Positions 48,774 through 61,504 of a stretch of 64,000 nucleotides of DNA are shown piece after piece (within the stretch, counting starts at the first letter, position 1; the number at the start of each line of letters is the position of its first letter). Under the pieces are notes generated by a model, which was not told the origin of the DNA, did not search any database, and saw only the letters and a program-made list of their open reading frames with translations. Position numbers and translations under genes: made by a program. Source of the DNA: Kondoa subrosea (taxonomy: Eukaryota); NCBI GenBank assembly GCA_039545335.1, contig BCIN01000001.1, positions 3,599,136-3,663,135 of the forward strand. The letters are read 5' to 3'.

Positions 48774-51691
48774 ATGTCGCAACGAAGGAAGCCATATCGC
48801 AAAATCTCAGACTACTTTGGACTACAGCAAATAATCAAAGATGATGCGGCTGCAACTGAAGAGAAGGAAGGACTGGAACCAGTTACAGAAGGGACTGAAG
48901 TTGCAGTGCAACCTGCTGCAGGTCGGACGACTTTACATCGATCGCGTACAAAAGCCCGAAGACTCTTCAGCTTCAGCATACTTGTCTTTCTTGTTGCAAC
49001 GCCTCTAGTCTACCTTCTGCATGAGCGATTCGAAGTTATCGAAAATGATCAGTATTTGGAAGCTCGCTCAGGCAAAGCGCAATATGACTCTTTAACGGTG
49101 GAACATCTACATCCTTTACCTGCTCGACCTGTGTTTACTATAGACTCGCGGAAGCTGCTCAAATACTCAAAGAACTATATCTCGCATCTATCGACAAATG
49201 TCAGGCATCAAGCGAAACGGGCTTTAGGTCGACATCCTATCGAAAAGAAGATAGAAGAGCACCAGCAAGCCTGGAGAGCTAAGATAGAGCGACAGAGTAA
49301 ATCAGTGGACGAAGCTAGATTGGAGTATACTCGAAGGTAAGTTTCATTAATTTCTCGCATCAGGAAACCAATATCTGCAACATCTAGATACAAGCGCGAG
49401 CCACCATCTGGCTTTGACGAGTGGTTTGAATACGCAAAGGGTACGCTTTGATCGACTTGTTAAGCACTGCGCTCATGTCTAGGGACAGAGAAAGGATTTC
49501 TCCTCCCGGATGAATTCGATAGCTTGATGAGCCAATTGGAACCGTTCCTGAAGATACCTTCCAAACAGCTTCGTAGAGTCACTGAGCAGGTGGGAAACCT
49601 ACCGTGAGTTTGCCTCTAGTATGTGTTCGATCTTCTAACCTTCTTTGCCATGCAGATCGTTCAGTTTGATTTCGGCTGTAAATGGGGAAATGTCAATGAC
49701 GCCCGAATTTGGCAAGACTATTGGACAGAGTCATCGAGCTCTAGGCCTCTTTGGCATCATGCAAAATTTTATCACTAAACCAGGAATGCGAGACATGAGT
49801 TTCGCCATCAACGCAAATGCTGAGCCTCGAGTCATCGTACCCTATTCGCATCAAATGGCTCTGAAGAGAATAGCTGATTCTGGTCAGTCTTCTTCTCTTC
49901 AGAGAATGTATGACTCTACTTCATGTCAAACGCAGGGTCGGATTACACGATTAAAGATCCTGACTGGCCAAGTGAAACGTGGTTAGGCGAAAGCAGTACT
50001 TGGGATGCCTACCTAGCAAGTTGTCCACCAGGATCGTCCGTTCGCAAGCAAATGTCAACCTACAACAGTTTCGAGATCCCTCTTCAGCGGGAGACATTTG
50101 CCGGACCTAAATCAGGAGCGATCGAACGAATGAATGAGATGAATGATATGGTCGAGATCGATGATTATGGCTACTTCGAGAATGACACAAGAGTTTATTT
50201 TCCACCGCTGCAAAGTCCTCCTTCGTCTATATTGTCAATGTCAGCTGTGACGGATAGCGAAGCTTTCCAGTTCGAAGATACTATGCATCCAAACAAACGC
50301 CTTGGTCCTACAGCTTTCTGCAATAACAAACAAGCTGCTGAAGCTCAAGGCATCTTCTTTGGCGATTATCGCAATCTACAAGGTTGGTATCCCGTGTTCA
50401 GTCCAGCGACCATGCCAGGCTTTGCAGATATAATGATTCCCACTCGTAAGCTATCAGCGTTTGGCCTAGATCGTGTCTAAGACAATTATTAGATTATTAT
50501 GCCGAGAAGATGAGAGAAACCAGATCCAGAAGATTGAATGAACCAGTCACTATGACCAAAGAAGGTGACTGGGAATCGATTGGAGGTGGAATGAAGAACT
50601 CGAAGAAGTGGAAAGAGCTTTCGGTCGCTTGGTGGAGAAGGTCAGATAAAATCTATTGGCGAGGTTCTCCTACCGGAGGTCAGTCGCGAGAAGGGACTGC
50701 GATCACGAGCTCAATCTTCCGAACACAGGCGGAAGTTCACCTCCAGGACATCAGCTGAAATGGCCTAGGACTCGCTTGGTCCAGATGTACTCCGGCATGC
50801 ATCCAGATGTGGATGAAAGCATGATCGTCCCTTCCCTTTCCGGAGACAGCTTAGAGCAACGGATAGACTCTCGAATCGGACTGAACAATGCTTCGATGGA
50901 CATCGCTTTGGTCTCTTTGGTTGGTTGCGGTGTTCCTGAAGCCTGCAAATCGATACGATATGGCGACTATCGCTTTGCCAATAGATCGCCAATGTCTGTC
51001 TACAAGATGTATAAGATCTTGCTTGATGTAGATGGTGTGTTGCGCTTCATGCATATTCGCCTTTAGTGCTGATTGCTTGTTTAGGTATGGGATTCAGTTC
51101 AAGATTTTTGTACTTGTTCGGTATCGGCAGTGCGGTGTAAGTAGTCCCTGGACATCCGAAAAGCAAAGGCTGATTTTTGGCTTGCAGCATGAAAAACACC
51201 GTCTTTATAGAGTAATTTGTTGTATCATCTGTTTTGCTCTTGAAGCTGATTTCTATTCAGATATTATACAGATTGGGTATGTGGCTCAATACTTCGACGG
51301 AAACTGGCTGACTTTGTTGCGATAGATTGAACCTTGGGTGCATTATATTCCTGTCAGTTTTGAGTTCAAGGTAGGGCATTCATCAGCGCCGTGATCCATC
51401 ACTGACCAGGCTGCTCAGGAATTGCGAAATCTTTGGGCTTTCTTCTTGGGGCGAACATTGAGATCAGAACAACCGCATGTACACAATTCTCAAGACCGTG
51501 GTGACGAAGCTCTGCGCAAGATAGCTCGTCAAGGTGACGAGTGGAGGAATACTGTAGGGCGATTAGAAGACATGGACGTTTATACCTATCGGGTGAGGAA
51601 TTTTGGCCTTGGGAAATTCATAACTGATATTTTCTTGTTCACCCACCCACAGCTAATGCTCGAATGGTCTAGAGCTATGAATAGAGAATAG
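48774..51691 (+). CDS. Glycosyltransferase family 90 (CAP10/CXT1-like), paralog a
   Basis: TM anchor; HPIEKKI..QSKSVDEARLEYTRR|YKREPPSGFDEWF; PDEFD..LEPF; INANAEPRV; PVFSPATMPGFADIMIP; IYWRGSPTGG; YKILLDVDG; PWVHYIPV; YTYR|LMLEWSR. Confidence 0.9.
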
Positions 51692-51961
51692 AGCAGTGCA
51701 GGCACAAAAGAATGGCGTGGGCTCTTTCGCGCTTGTTTGTATAGATGTAACAAGTATGATTATTCATTTGTGCTATGCTGCCGCATGTCGGAATGCTCTG
51801 TTCTCTGAATCCTGCTGCGAAGGATGCTCAACCCGACTTGTCTTGCTCGCGCCCTGGAATTAGCGATATTTGCAAAGATCTGCAAGACATCATAGACTTG
51901 TGCCTGCCCATGATAGAGAATCTGAGTTGCGGCTTGTTTGTATCCACTGAACATCATCTAG

Positions 51962-53862
51962 ATGGCTGCCAACAACTCTAAACTGCTACGGAAGATTGTT
52001 CTGGGTGTCGTCTGCCTGTTTCTGGCTTCTCCGCTCTTTCATCGAATTCGTGATGCCTTCAGCTCAGATTCCAAGTCAGAAGCTCCCGCAGACCTCGTCA
52101 AGCCTCTCGCTTCCATCAGCAGACCTCTTGTCTCAGCCGCTCGAAAGCCTGTAGATGCTTTCGACGAAAATGTTTTCCATAGAGATGCCTCATCTCTCTC
52201 GCCCATTAGTCAAGTACAGACGCAACCTGAACACATTACCTTGGATCTCAATATGCCACAGTCTGTTATCAGAGGACATGCGCCAGGCTTCTCTTGCATA
52301 GACAATGTCTACTTTCATCAAGGTGTAAGTCTTGGTCTCGCTTCTCAACGTCCAGCCAGAGATTAATGGCTTGAATCAGATCATGTACCTTGTTAGTGAT
52401 GATCCCGGGCAATTTCCACCTCTCAGTCACATCGAGCGAAGTAAAGCACTGCTGCGTACAATTTGTTCACTTGCTCATCCCTGAATCTTTAGGGATAGAA
52501 GCTTTCGATAATGCTACCGAACCAGACAAGATTGCAAGTGTGACTCCAGCAGAAGCGCTCTCGATCTTCAGTCAAGCAGTAAACAATCAGCAGGGAGTCA
52601 GTATGATCTGGCGGGATTGGTTAAGTGAGCTTTACGCTCTTCCTTCATCGATTACCCAAAAGCTGAATTGCTACTTTCAGCTCATCATTTTGCCCACTCA
52701 ACTCTTGAAGCTTGGCTAGGCACATGGAAGGTTTACTCCGCTGCAATGGATCCTGAGGGCAAAGGCGGCCTAGAAATGCCTAGAAGACTGATCCAGATCA
52801 TGAAAGATCCGTATGACTGGAGAGATCGCTTCAAGATGAACCCTTGGTTTATGAAGGTTTGCTGTCCAAACAAACCGCTTGAGAATAGTGTTTTTGACTC
52901 TTGTACAGCACGCCTTCCCAAACATGAATCTGGAATACGATATAGATTGGGAAGAGCGTGCTTCCTTTGGCACCACTGATTTGTATCGTAGAATAGTATA
53001 CATCAATCGAAGGGCAGCCAAACATTCGATCGAAAATCATCGTGAGTTAAGGTCTTCTGTAGTTACATATACTGGTACCTGAGTAGCTTTACAGTCGCCA
53101 ACAAGTTTACCGGAGGTGTATTGAAACTTCCCTCCTCCGAAAACTGGTTTCAGCCTGTCAGAGATTCACTTTTCGCATCAATTCCAGCAAGTCCAGCACC
53201 TGCACCTACCAAGCCTGTAATCACGTATATCTCTAGACAAGGGGCGGAGCATCGAGTACTTCGGCAAACGGATCATGATGCGCTAGTTGCGGCTCTGGAA
53301 GAGTTGAAGTCAGATTTCGAAGTCCATATCGAGCAATTGGAAAATTTGGAAATGGCAGATCAGCTCCATCTGATGGCAAGAACTAATGTATGTATAGCTC
53401 TATCTGCTTGCTTGCACTTCACTCACGGTCGAATGTAGATCTTGATCGGTTTGCATGGCAATGGAATGACTCACTTGCTTTGGCTGCCACCCAAGTCGTT
53501 GGTCATTGAAATTCTGTTCCCTGGCTGTTGGGCAAGAGACTTCGTACTACCTGCAAGAGGCCTCGGGCACTCACATCGAGCTGTATGGGACAACACTATT
53601 CTCGATGATGATGTGGTGCGTTCTTAGTCTCTTTCTTCTCTGTTATCTTCCTCTGATGTGCCTTGAAGCAATCGCCGACGATGGTCTTTCCCAGAGGATC
53701 TCACGGAAATAACATTCCGGTCACTGCTGCACCTGTAAGCTTCCGTACGTTCAACTCACAGCTGCAGTACTCAAAGAAAAAGAACAGATCATTACCATAA
53801 TCAAAGCCTGGCAAGCAGGCGAGCCACTTCCTGCACATAACACAGTAGTCGATACATTATAG
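51962..53862 (+). CDS. Glycosyltransferase family 61, paralog a
   Basis: TM anchor; HAPGFSCIDNVYF; HHFAHSTLE; PVITYISRQ..RVLRQTDHDALVAALEEL; QLHLMARTN|ILIGLHGNGMTHLLWLPP. Confidence 0.85.
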
Positions 53863-54187
53863 AACACTTCTTTGCTACAAGAACGGTATTTAGACAAGCA
53901 CTTGTACATAGACATTTACACAATTAGAGGCATGTTCAATAGGGGCATAATTTTGTATGTTTCCTGCACCCTATTCAGTATGAGCACGGATTGTTGCGAG
54001 CCCTGTGAAGAACCTATGGAGAGTTCTGGCAGACCATTGTCTATAGGCCAAGCCGCCAGCGTCAAGTTCTTTGATCCCATCAGTTCGGGAAAATGTAGGC
54101 CGAATACTGGTACCGCTGACCTCGACACAAGGGCATCCAATCACTGTCCGGCTCGGGGTATGAATGAGAGTCGAGCCAGGGTGTGTT

Positions 54188-57118
54188 TCAAAGCTCGTTG
54201 ATGTCGTCGCGAGTCCAAAGACGAGACCATTCCAGCATGAGCTAGAGCCCAAAATGAAGTTTTGACCTCGTGTGATATCAGCTGGGCTCACTCTATAGGT
54301 ATATAGCTCCATGTCAACTCTTCGACCTGCAGATGCTTTCCACTGGTCTCCCTGCTCGGCTATGCGCTTGAGTTGTTTCTGTCCATGATCATACTGAATG
54401 TTGCGATTGGTGAGCCTGCCGCCAGCAAAATACGCCCAGATGTTCCAGATTTCCTGCACACATACTGATGAGACGTATCGACCTGGCGACTGATCTTCAC
54501 ATACATTGTATTCATCGCTTAGCGGAACATAGTGCACCCATGGTGTAAGCTGTCCCGATCGATGAGCACTTCTTGTCAGTCCCAATTGCAGGTCAACTTA
54601 CCCAATCGGAATAGTACCTTGAATATGTCGTCAAAACACGAGACCCAAGATTGCAGGTATATACTCACTCGACGAAAATAGTGTTTTTCACGCTGCAGCG
54701 CGAATGATATGAACGGGTGTCCTGTCATTCTGAGTCACGACTTACACCACATTTCCTAGGCCGAGTAAATAAAGAAAGCGAGAAGAGAAGCCCATACCAT
54801 CGACATCGATAAGCATCTTGAACATGCGACGAACTCTGAACATTATCAGCTGGAGACAAGTACGTACAAAATCACTGACGACGGAGCATCTTTTGGCACT
54901 AGACGATAATCTCCGTACCGCAGCGCTTTGCAAGTTTCGGCAATACCACAGCCCCACAGCGAAAAAAATCCAGTGTCCATTGCTGCAGCATTCAGATCGG
55001 TGCGGCGCATATCAAACTGTTCCGCACGTGAACCGCTTGAGTCTGGAACAACTATTGTTTCCGACGCTCGGTTCTGCAGGCCGCTTGTTTTCTGCATTAA
55101 GCGAGGTCTTGCAAATCGCAACTGATGACCAGGAGGGGCGCTCCCGCCTATATTTCTGGGCTCAGAAGTCTTTTGAGAGTATTTTCAACAAAGAAAACCC
55201 CTACCGCCTGTTGGGGATCCACGCCAATACATCATGTCCAGCTTTGATTCCCAGCTTACGTTCAGCTTTGGCCAAGTATTCGGTTCAAGGCCCGTTCTGG
55301 TCCCGTTATATGACTTGAAAAATCCAGTGTTGTCTCTCTCAATAGGTTGATTTAGGTATTTGGCATCATTATAGTAGTCTTCTGTGAGAAAATGACTCGG
55401 AATCATGATGTCGCTGTACCCAGGTAGGGAAGCAGGGCTGAAGATGGGATAGAGGCCAGGTAGGGAACGAAAATCTGAATAGAAGATGCCCTGACCCTTC
55501 GCTGAATCGGGTCTGTGACAGTATTCATCGGCCTTGAGACGATGCGCGGCGTGCATTGTTTGCTCGAACTGCATGCTTTCTTTTCGTCCGGGCGACAAGT
55601 CTGGAGGTGGTTGGTGCAGCGGTATTTCTGCAGGAAAATCTTGCTGGAAGGAAGGATGGTTGGCTCGAGGAGGAAGAGAATGGAGAGTTGAATCTGCCAT
55701 AAGTTCGCTTTTGCCTAGCCTATGATGAGCAGGTGTCGTGTTTCCTTCAACTACAATTTGCATAGCATCAAAGCTGCTGAATTCGCGTCTTGCAGCACTC
55801 TCAGGCGGACAACTCGCTACATAGGCGTTCCATGAAGTTTCTGGTGGTTGCCAATCTATGGACGGCCATACTGGGTCATCGCTCGAGCTATCTGTACGTA
55901 GAGTTCTGTCAGATGGAATTGTGATAATCACCTCACGCGTACAAAGTCGATTTGCGTCAGATTTCTGATTCCAAGGTTGTATTGAGCGAGGTTCTGCATT
56001 ATCATTGATTGCAAAGGCCAGATTAGGCGCTATACCAGGCAAGCCTACATACAAACGTTTAGCGCCGCTAGCTCCTGCTAGACCGAAAGTCCTAACCAGC
56101 AAGATCGAACATCACGTCAATTATGCCAGCTGCACGCGACGACAGACTAGCTTCCGTATCCAGGAGCACGTCGCCGTCCTGAATCTCGACCAAAGCGAAA
56201 GAACTTGACGACTTTCTCAGCCAGTCCTGTGCAAGTCTCCAAACAACACAGTACCTCAAATTCCCGACAAAGTAAGTCCTTCTCTGTAGCTCTTCGCCTG
56301 ACATAGACCAGAACGGCTCGAGCTGAGACATCATCGTATCAAACTCGTCAATGTAGAGAAACTCGTTTTCTGCTGTGGCATTAGCTTTGTTGGCGAAAAG
56401 CAAGGGAGAGTATCAACCTTGAGCAGCCTCAAACCACTCTTCGAAGCCAAGAGGAGGTGATCGCTTGTATCTAGGGCAATGTCTTGAGCGATAGATTGTT
56501 ATCTTTTCTATGCGGAATCAGGCACCTTCGCTGGTACTCTGATACGGCTGCATCAAGAGTATTACTCTGACGCTTCAGTTTCTCTATGTGTGCAAGCTGG
56601 TTCTCAGCAATCAGCTTGTCTATCGGATGCTGCCACGGTACAGCGCTTTTCGCTGAAAGCATGAGATCGCCAAGGGACGCAATTTTCTCGAATATGTATC
56701 GTCGTAGACGCTGCGAGTCGCCAGACAATCGATTTAGCAGATCATCAGCTTGGATGTGAGGTTTTGGTCGTGGATGTAAAGCCGTAACGCGAAGAGCAGC
56801 AAATTGAGACACTTTCAGCTCTTGATATTCGTCTTGGCCATAGCGTATGGCAGAAGAAGACACATCTGAAAAGGAATGCAAGAAGTGGAAAGCTACAACA
56901 GCCAGTAACAACAGGCCAAGGAGTAATCTCGGGTAGAGTCTGCCCAACTTTGCGCTGCGCTGCTTCTTTTCGTCCTCATCGTCGGAGTCCACACCTTCGG
57001 TTCGCTTGACAGATTCTGCCGCATGACTTCTGTCCTGCTGTAGCGAAGCCTCGAACTGGTCTGTCGAATAGAAGTCTGATGTTTTGCGATAACCTCTCCT
57101 CTGCAAGGCAGCTTGCAT
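54188..57118 (-). CDS. Glycosyltransferase family 90 (CAP10/CXT1-like), paralog b
   Basis: HPIDKLI..QSNTLDAAVSEYQRR|YKRSPPLGFEEWF; IDEFD..LEPFW; INDNAEPR; PIFSPASLPGYSDIMIP; YWRGSPTGG; LIDVDGMGFSSRF; PWVHYVP; |LMLEWSRL. Confidence 0.9.
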
Positions 57119-57290
57119 CAACCTCTTCTTGCCAGCACGCCCAGTTGTCCGCCCCGGGTTTGTGTTGCCCTGTTTGGACGGAGCAAGACAGACCTTAAAT
57201 TTCGGTGCCTTTTTTTAAAATGATTCAGAATCATGGACGGCGGCTGCTGAGTTCTGCTTGTCTCTTGCCCCTTCTGCTTCAGCATTCGTG

Positions 57291-59209
57291 ATGGCTGCGA
57301 ATAACTCTAAACTCCTGCGTAAAGTCGTTCTGGGTGTCGCTTGCTTGTTTCTGGCCTCTCCGCTCTTTCATCGAGTCCGAGATGCCATCAGCCCAAGCTT
57401 GTACTCCGAATCAGTATCGAATCTGTCGACAACCCTCTCTTCCATCAGTAGACCTATTGCTTCAGCTGTGCGAAGGCCTGCAGACAGCTTCGACGAGAAT
57501 GTGTTCAATAGAGATGCATCCGTCCTTTCGCCTATAAGTCAAGTGGAAGCGCAACCACAACATATCAAACTGGATCTCAATATGCCCGAGTCTATAATCA
57601 GAGCGCATTCTCCTGGATTCACTTGTATAGATAATGCCTACTTTCACAAGGGAGCAAGTCAGAATCTGAGACTGTATCTTGGTACACGCTGATATGATGA
57701 GCAGATTCTTTACCTCGTCTCGGACGATCCCAGCTCGTATCCACCATTAGATCACATTGAACGAAGTCTGTGTTGAAATCTCGCGCACTCGCAGATTGTC
57801 TTGCTGACACTGGCCCATCTTTATCAGGAATAGAAGCTCTCGACACTGAAGGCGAGCCATTGAAGATTGCAACAGTAACTCGAGCTCAAGCTTTGAAGAT
57901 CTTCAAGCCGATAGCAAATAATCTACAAGGCCTGAGCGTGATATGGCGGGATTGGTTCAGTGCGGACAATTTGCAATGTCGTCTTTCTGCTTACTTATCA
58001 ACCTAACTCTATAGCTGGACATTTTGCTCATTTCGTCATGGAAGCTTGGCTTGGCACCTGGAAGATCTACACGGCAGCCATAGATCCACAAGGCAAAGGT
58101 GGTCTTGAAATGCCAAGAAGGTTGATCCATGTCGTTCAGGGACCTTTCGCATGGAGAGATAAGCCTTCGATGAATCCGTGGTTTGCGAAGGTGCTTTGCA
58201 GAAGTCCATTGATATTGATCGCTATTTAAAACGTGTATTTCAGCACGCTTTCCCGAATATGGTTCAAGAATATGACGTCGATTGGGAAGAACGCAAGCAA
58301 TTCGGAATGACTGATCTCTATCGAAGGATAGTCTACACGAATCGTAGAGCTGGGAAACATGCGATAGAGAATCACCGTTTGTCCATCTTCAGTATTCATC
58401 AGCATACATTGCTTAGTGGCGCTGCTCGATAGTGGCCAACAAATTCACTGGAGCAGTGCTGAAGATTCCAACAGCTGATAATTGGTTCCAACCTGTCAGA
58501 GATTCACTATTCTCCTCATTGCCTCCCCCAGCTCTACCGCCAACTTCCAAAACAGTTGTTACGTATATCTCCAGACAGAACGCAAAGAGAAGAAAGATTA
58601 TACCAGCGCAACACGACAAATTGGTTGCTGCACTGAAAGCTTTGGAGCCAGAATATGAAGTGCATATTGTAGAATTTGAATTCATGGAGCCGCACGAGCA
58701 AATACATTTAGCTGCGAGAACAAATGTGAGTGTAGCCTTGCAATTGAGCAGGAATACAATCGCTAATCATCTATTCTATAAGGTGCTCGTCAGTCTGCAT
58801 GGCAACGGTTTGAGTCACATGCTTTGGCTACCTCCGAAATCGCTAGTTATAGAGCTGCTCTTTCCTGGAGCGTGGGCAAGAGATTTTGCCATCCCAGCCA
58901 CTGGTCTAGGTCATCAGCATCGAGCTATCTGGAACGACAAAGTATTGGACGACGCAGAGGTACGCAGTTCCGTCGACATCATCGATGAAAGATCTAGAAC
59001 TTCCGATTGCAGATGTCCCCAGCTATGATCTTCCCTGACGGATCGCATGGCAACAAGATACCAGTGAATGCCGCGCCGGTAAGTTTGCTTATAAGTTTCG
59101 GCTGTGAGCGCTTTTTCATGCTTGTCAATAGGTAATTACCATGATCAAGGCATTTGCAGCTGGAAATCCGTTGCCCAAACATGGAGCTGTGTTTCACAAA
59201 ATAGTGTAG
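57291..59209 (+). CDS. Glycosyltransferase family 61, paralog b
   Basis: N-terminus nearly identical to paralog a (MAANNSKLLRK); GHFAHFVME; VVTYISRQ; LVSLHGNGLSHMLWLPP. Exon layout matches paralog a where compared. Confidence 0.85.
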
Positions 59210-59287
59210 GTGTTAGTTGGGCTTTGTACAGAAAGAGACTATGAACATTTGGTATGCATTGTCACATTTGGATATCTGCACTAGCAT

Positions 59288-61504
59288 CTATTGCCCCTCT
59301 ACGTAGTCCCACGGATCTTCTTTACTCCTAGACGCGAAGCGCGCGTACTCTAATAGCAAGCGGAAAGTGTACGCTTGCAAATCTTGATATCGGTCATACT
59401 TCTTGGACCATTCATAGGCGTTTTTGGCGATCTTTGCTGCCTCTCCGACATGTGAATGATAGCCCTGCAGATCACCTTCGAAATAGGCGAGAATATCGAA
59501 TACATCGGAATAGTCCACTTTGAGCGGGACATAGCTACAGGCGCACCAAAAGTAAGCCAAATTTTAGACAACAAAATCTGAGAGACATACTGATACCATG
59601 GCTGTACTCGATCAGTCCACCACTCTGGGAAGATCGTACTCTTGAACATGACCGAATTTGATCGCATGAGCTGCTCGACAATGAACTTTTTTGGTGCCTA
59701 TGTAAGCCAGAAGACTTACACGATGAAATCGACCTGACCAAGCGTTTCCCTGCCAATAAATATTAGTCAAGATGTCTCAAATTTCAATCTGAGGCTGACA
59801 TCAACATCGAGTATGTAGCGATATTCAGCTTCTTGATCAGGACCAACTCTCGTAGCCAAGGGAAAGAGCTTCGTCGCAAGAGCTATCGTGCCATCCTTCT
59901 CTCCATCTGGATTCTTGGTTAATTTAGTGAAACCTACATCTAGGTAGTGCTCCGATAGACTTCGCTGTGAGCAGTTCTGAAGTCCAACAAGATCACCCAA
60001 GTCGGCTGTGTGTATATGTCGGTAGCCATAAGTATCAGCACCCACTGCATACTGGTCAATCATACTTTGATGAGGTCAATCTAAATAGACCTTACAAGAA
60101 ACAATACGACTTCGTTGAGAATGCCTCCATCTTGTTGTCTTCGAAAATCTCTGACCAGTAGATGAACCTCGCCAGAGCAGACGAGAGTTGTTCTTTGCCT
60201 TGAAATCTTTATAGCTGGGACTTGGTAGGAAGAACTGTTCTTCAGGTGCAAGCAGGAAGTCACTATGCAATTTCGACTTAGAGAAGGTGAATTTTGGTTC
60301 GAGAGGACCAGGAGTTGGCCCATTCCTTGACAAAACGTCAGTCTATGAAGACAAGTTGCTTTAGCGGAACTTGCCATGCGAAGAAACCATGCTGATCGAA
60401 GAGTTCAGGATCTTTGATATTGTTATCAGCGGGTTGTGATGACCTGTACACTGTTACATACGCAAGCAAGGATCCATGGCTTGATGATGATCGTGTATCA
60501 AGCTAGACCCAGTCGATTGCAGACCATACGCTAAACCTGACCATTCCCGCCGGGCAGGCGAGTCTTCTGAGCACATATAGCGCCAGGGAGGATATCCATC
60601 GACTCTCCTTCTGACAAATTGGTAGTTCTCGATGACTGAGACGAATGTTCAGCTGACTGACCAAGGACCACTTTTGCAAGCTTACACTCGGAGTTCTTCA
60701 CTGCTACATTCGCAGATCTGACGTATTCACCATCTATCACTACAGCAGGACCATCCGAAGTAGAAATGAACAGGTCAAGATCGGGTAGCAAGTCAACGAA
60801 ATCTGAAAGCAGGTCCGCAAAGCCTCTCGCTCGATCTCCGTCTTTTTTGGGTCCAGTAAGTGTCAGCTGGCCATCTTTGACATGTGCAATGAAGGATTGA
60901 GGATTCGGCGTATTGAGAAGATCTTGAATTGCCTTCTGTGCATCAGCAATCGGCATTACAAGACTGGGCTTCAATAAGCTCACGAAGATACAGAAGACTT
61001 GGCTCACTCACAAAGGTGTTAGATCCTTGAAGATCTGGTCGAATTCGTCAGGAAGTTGTACATTCTTTTCTTGAGCCCATTTGTACCTGCGCTCAACAAA
61101 TTAGGGAAGATAAGATACACGAGTCAGTCTCACCATCGGTCGAAGCCTCGAGGTGGTGATCTGCCGTATCGCTCTCTGTACCGCTGCGACCCTTCGTCTA
61201 AGGTACTTGACTGACTGTCAACTTTAGCTTTCCATTGCTGAGCGGCTTCTCTGATCAAAGCAGGTATAGGGTGCAGCGATCCAGGCACATAATAAACCAA
61301 TCCAGCCTGACTTTCTAGATCTGGTTTGGTACCAAGTCCGAACTGTTCAACAGAGAGAGATATATGTGAAGACTTTCTTGATTGAAGCAAGTTAACGCAT
61401 ACAATCGCACTGTGATCTTGATAGAAATGCAATCCCACAGCGACAAGCCCAACGAAGAGGAAAAAACGCTTCACTCGAAATCTTGAAGCCAATCTAGAAG
61501 ACAT
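59288..61504 (-). CDS. Glycosyltransferase family 90 (CAP10/CXT1-like), paralog c
   Basis: HPIPALIREA..QSSTLDEGSQRYRERYGRSPPRGFDRW; LPDLDLFISTSDGP; LLWRGSSTG; YRYILDVD|GNAWSGRF; FKSTIFPEWWTDRVQPW; YVPLKVDYSD; YTFRLLLEYAR. The start codon is uncertain. Confidence 0.9.
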
